A stretch of 64,000 nt of DNA, taken from assembly GCF_964355755.1 (NCBI RefSeq), contig NC_092680.1, forward strand, positions 13,835,045-13,899,044, given 5' to 3'. The position numbers and the translations under genes were made by a program. Below are positions 63,460 to 64,000 of the stretch, in pieces. This DNA comes from Antedon mediterranea. Lineage: Eukaryota; Animalia; Echinodermata. The notes below the pieces were generated by a model, which saw only the letters and a program-made list of their open reading frames with translations, did not search any database and had not been told where the DNA came from. Numbering within the stretch: the first letter of the stretch is position 1; every line of letters begins with the position of its first letter.

Positions 63460-64000
63460 GTAAGTACTGATTGAAAAAATGAATTGATTGCCTGGATTAT
63501 TATAAATGCTATCGTTTATTATGTGAGTGTGCATCTAATGGAAAAGTTTTCTATAGACACAGTTGACTATACTTATTCAAATTAGTATTTTCTATAGGTT
63601 TACTTTGCCAATAGTCATTAAATTTTCAGCTGTGCCAATAGAAAACTTTACATTTTAAAGCATGGTCAACTGTATTCACGGTCTATTGTGTTGATAGTCA
63701 GTACCTAGATAACGTTATATTATTGCACTGTTAGCTATTTACTAACTAGGCAATCGCATGATAGTGATAATTATATAGATAAATTTGATTAATATAAAAA
63801 ATATATTTTAACCTTTGCCTCTAAAGCTTACCAATGGTATTTGTTAAAAGTTGTATTTTAAAGATATTAACACCATATACAGGGATGTCACCAGCATTTC
63901 ATGAGTGGTTGTCAGCCATCCCCCCTCCCCCCCCCCAACAAAAAATCGGGGGGGGGGGGGGGTTGACCGGCTACTCCGCCAAACCCATGCATTTCATAAT

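Overview
AT-rich animal genomic DNA with spliceosomal introns (probably a marine invertebrate; this is inference). Two host genes lie head-to-head: SDHAF4 (- strand, 2 coding exons, 35958->28207) and NCBP1/CBP80 (+ strand, 18 exons from 36331, continuing past the window end). Two large, apparently intact mobile elements dominate. (1) A 15.6-kb Maverick/Polinton (adintovirus-like endogenous virus, 3795-19414, TATATA TSD) encodes a spliced protein-primed PolB, packaging ATPase, protease, major and minor capsid proteins, chromo-integrase and putative core proteins, plus a Bcl-2-like gene, a tandem-PC4 gene and a SIM/Zn-motif gene. (2) A 6.3-kb P-superfamily transposon (36812-43135, 32-bp perfect TIRs, 7-bp TSD) sits in NCBP1 intron 1 and carries TWO convergent spliced genes. 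One is a THAP-less transposase with a RAG1-N-terminal-like Cys module that lacks the usual P C-terminal domain. The other fuses an ING-type PHD finger to what looks like that missing domain. This ProtoRAG-like two-component P element is the most interesting system here. The rest consists of nested MITEs, LINE/SINE relics and tandem repeats. All homology calls come from motif recognition by eye, not database searches.
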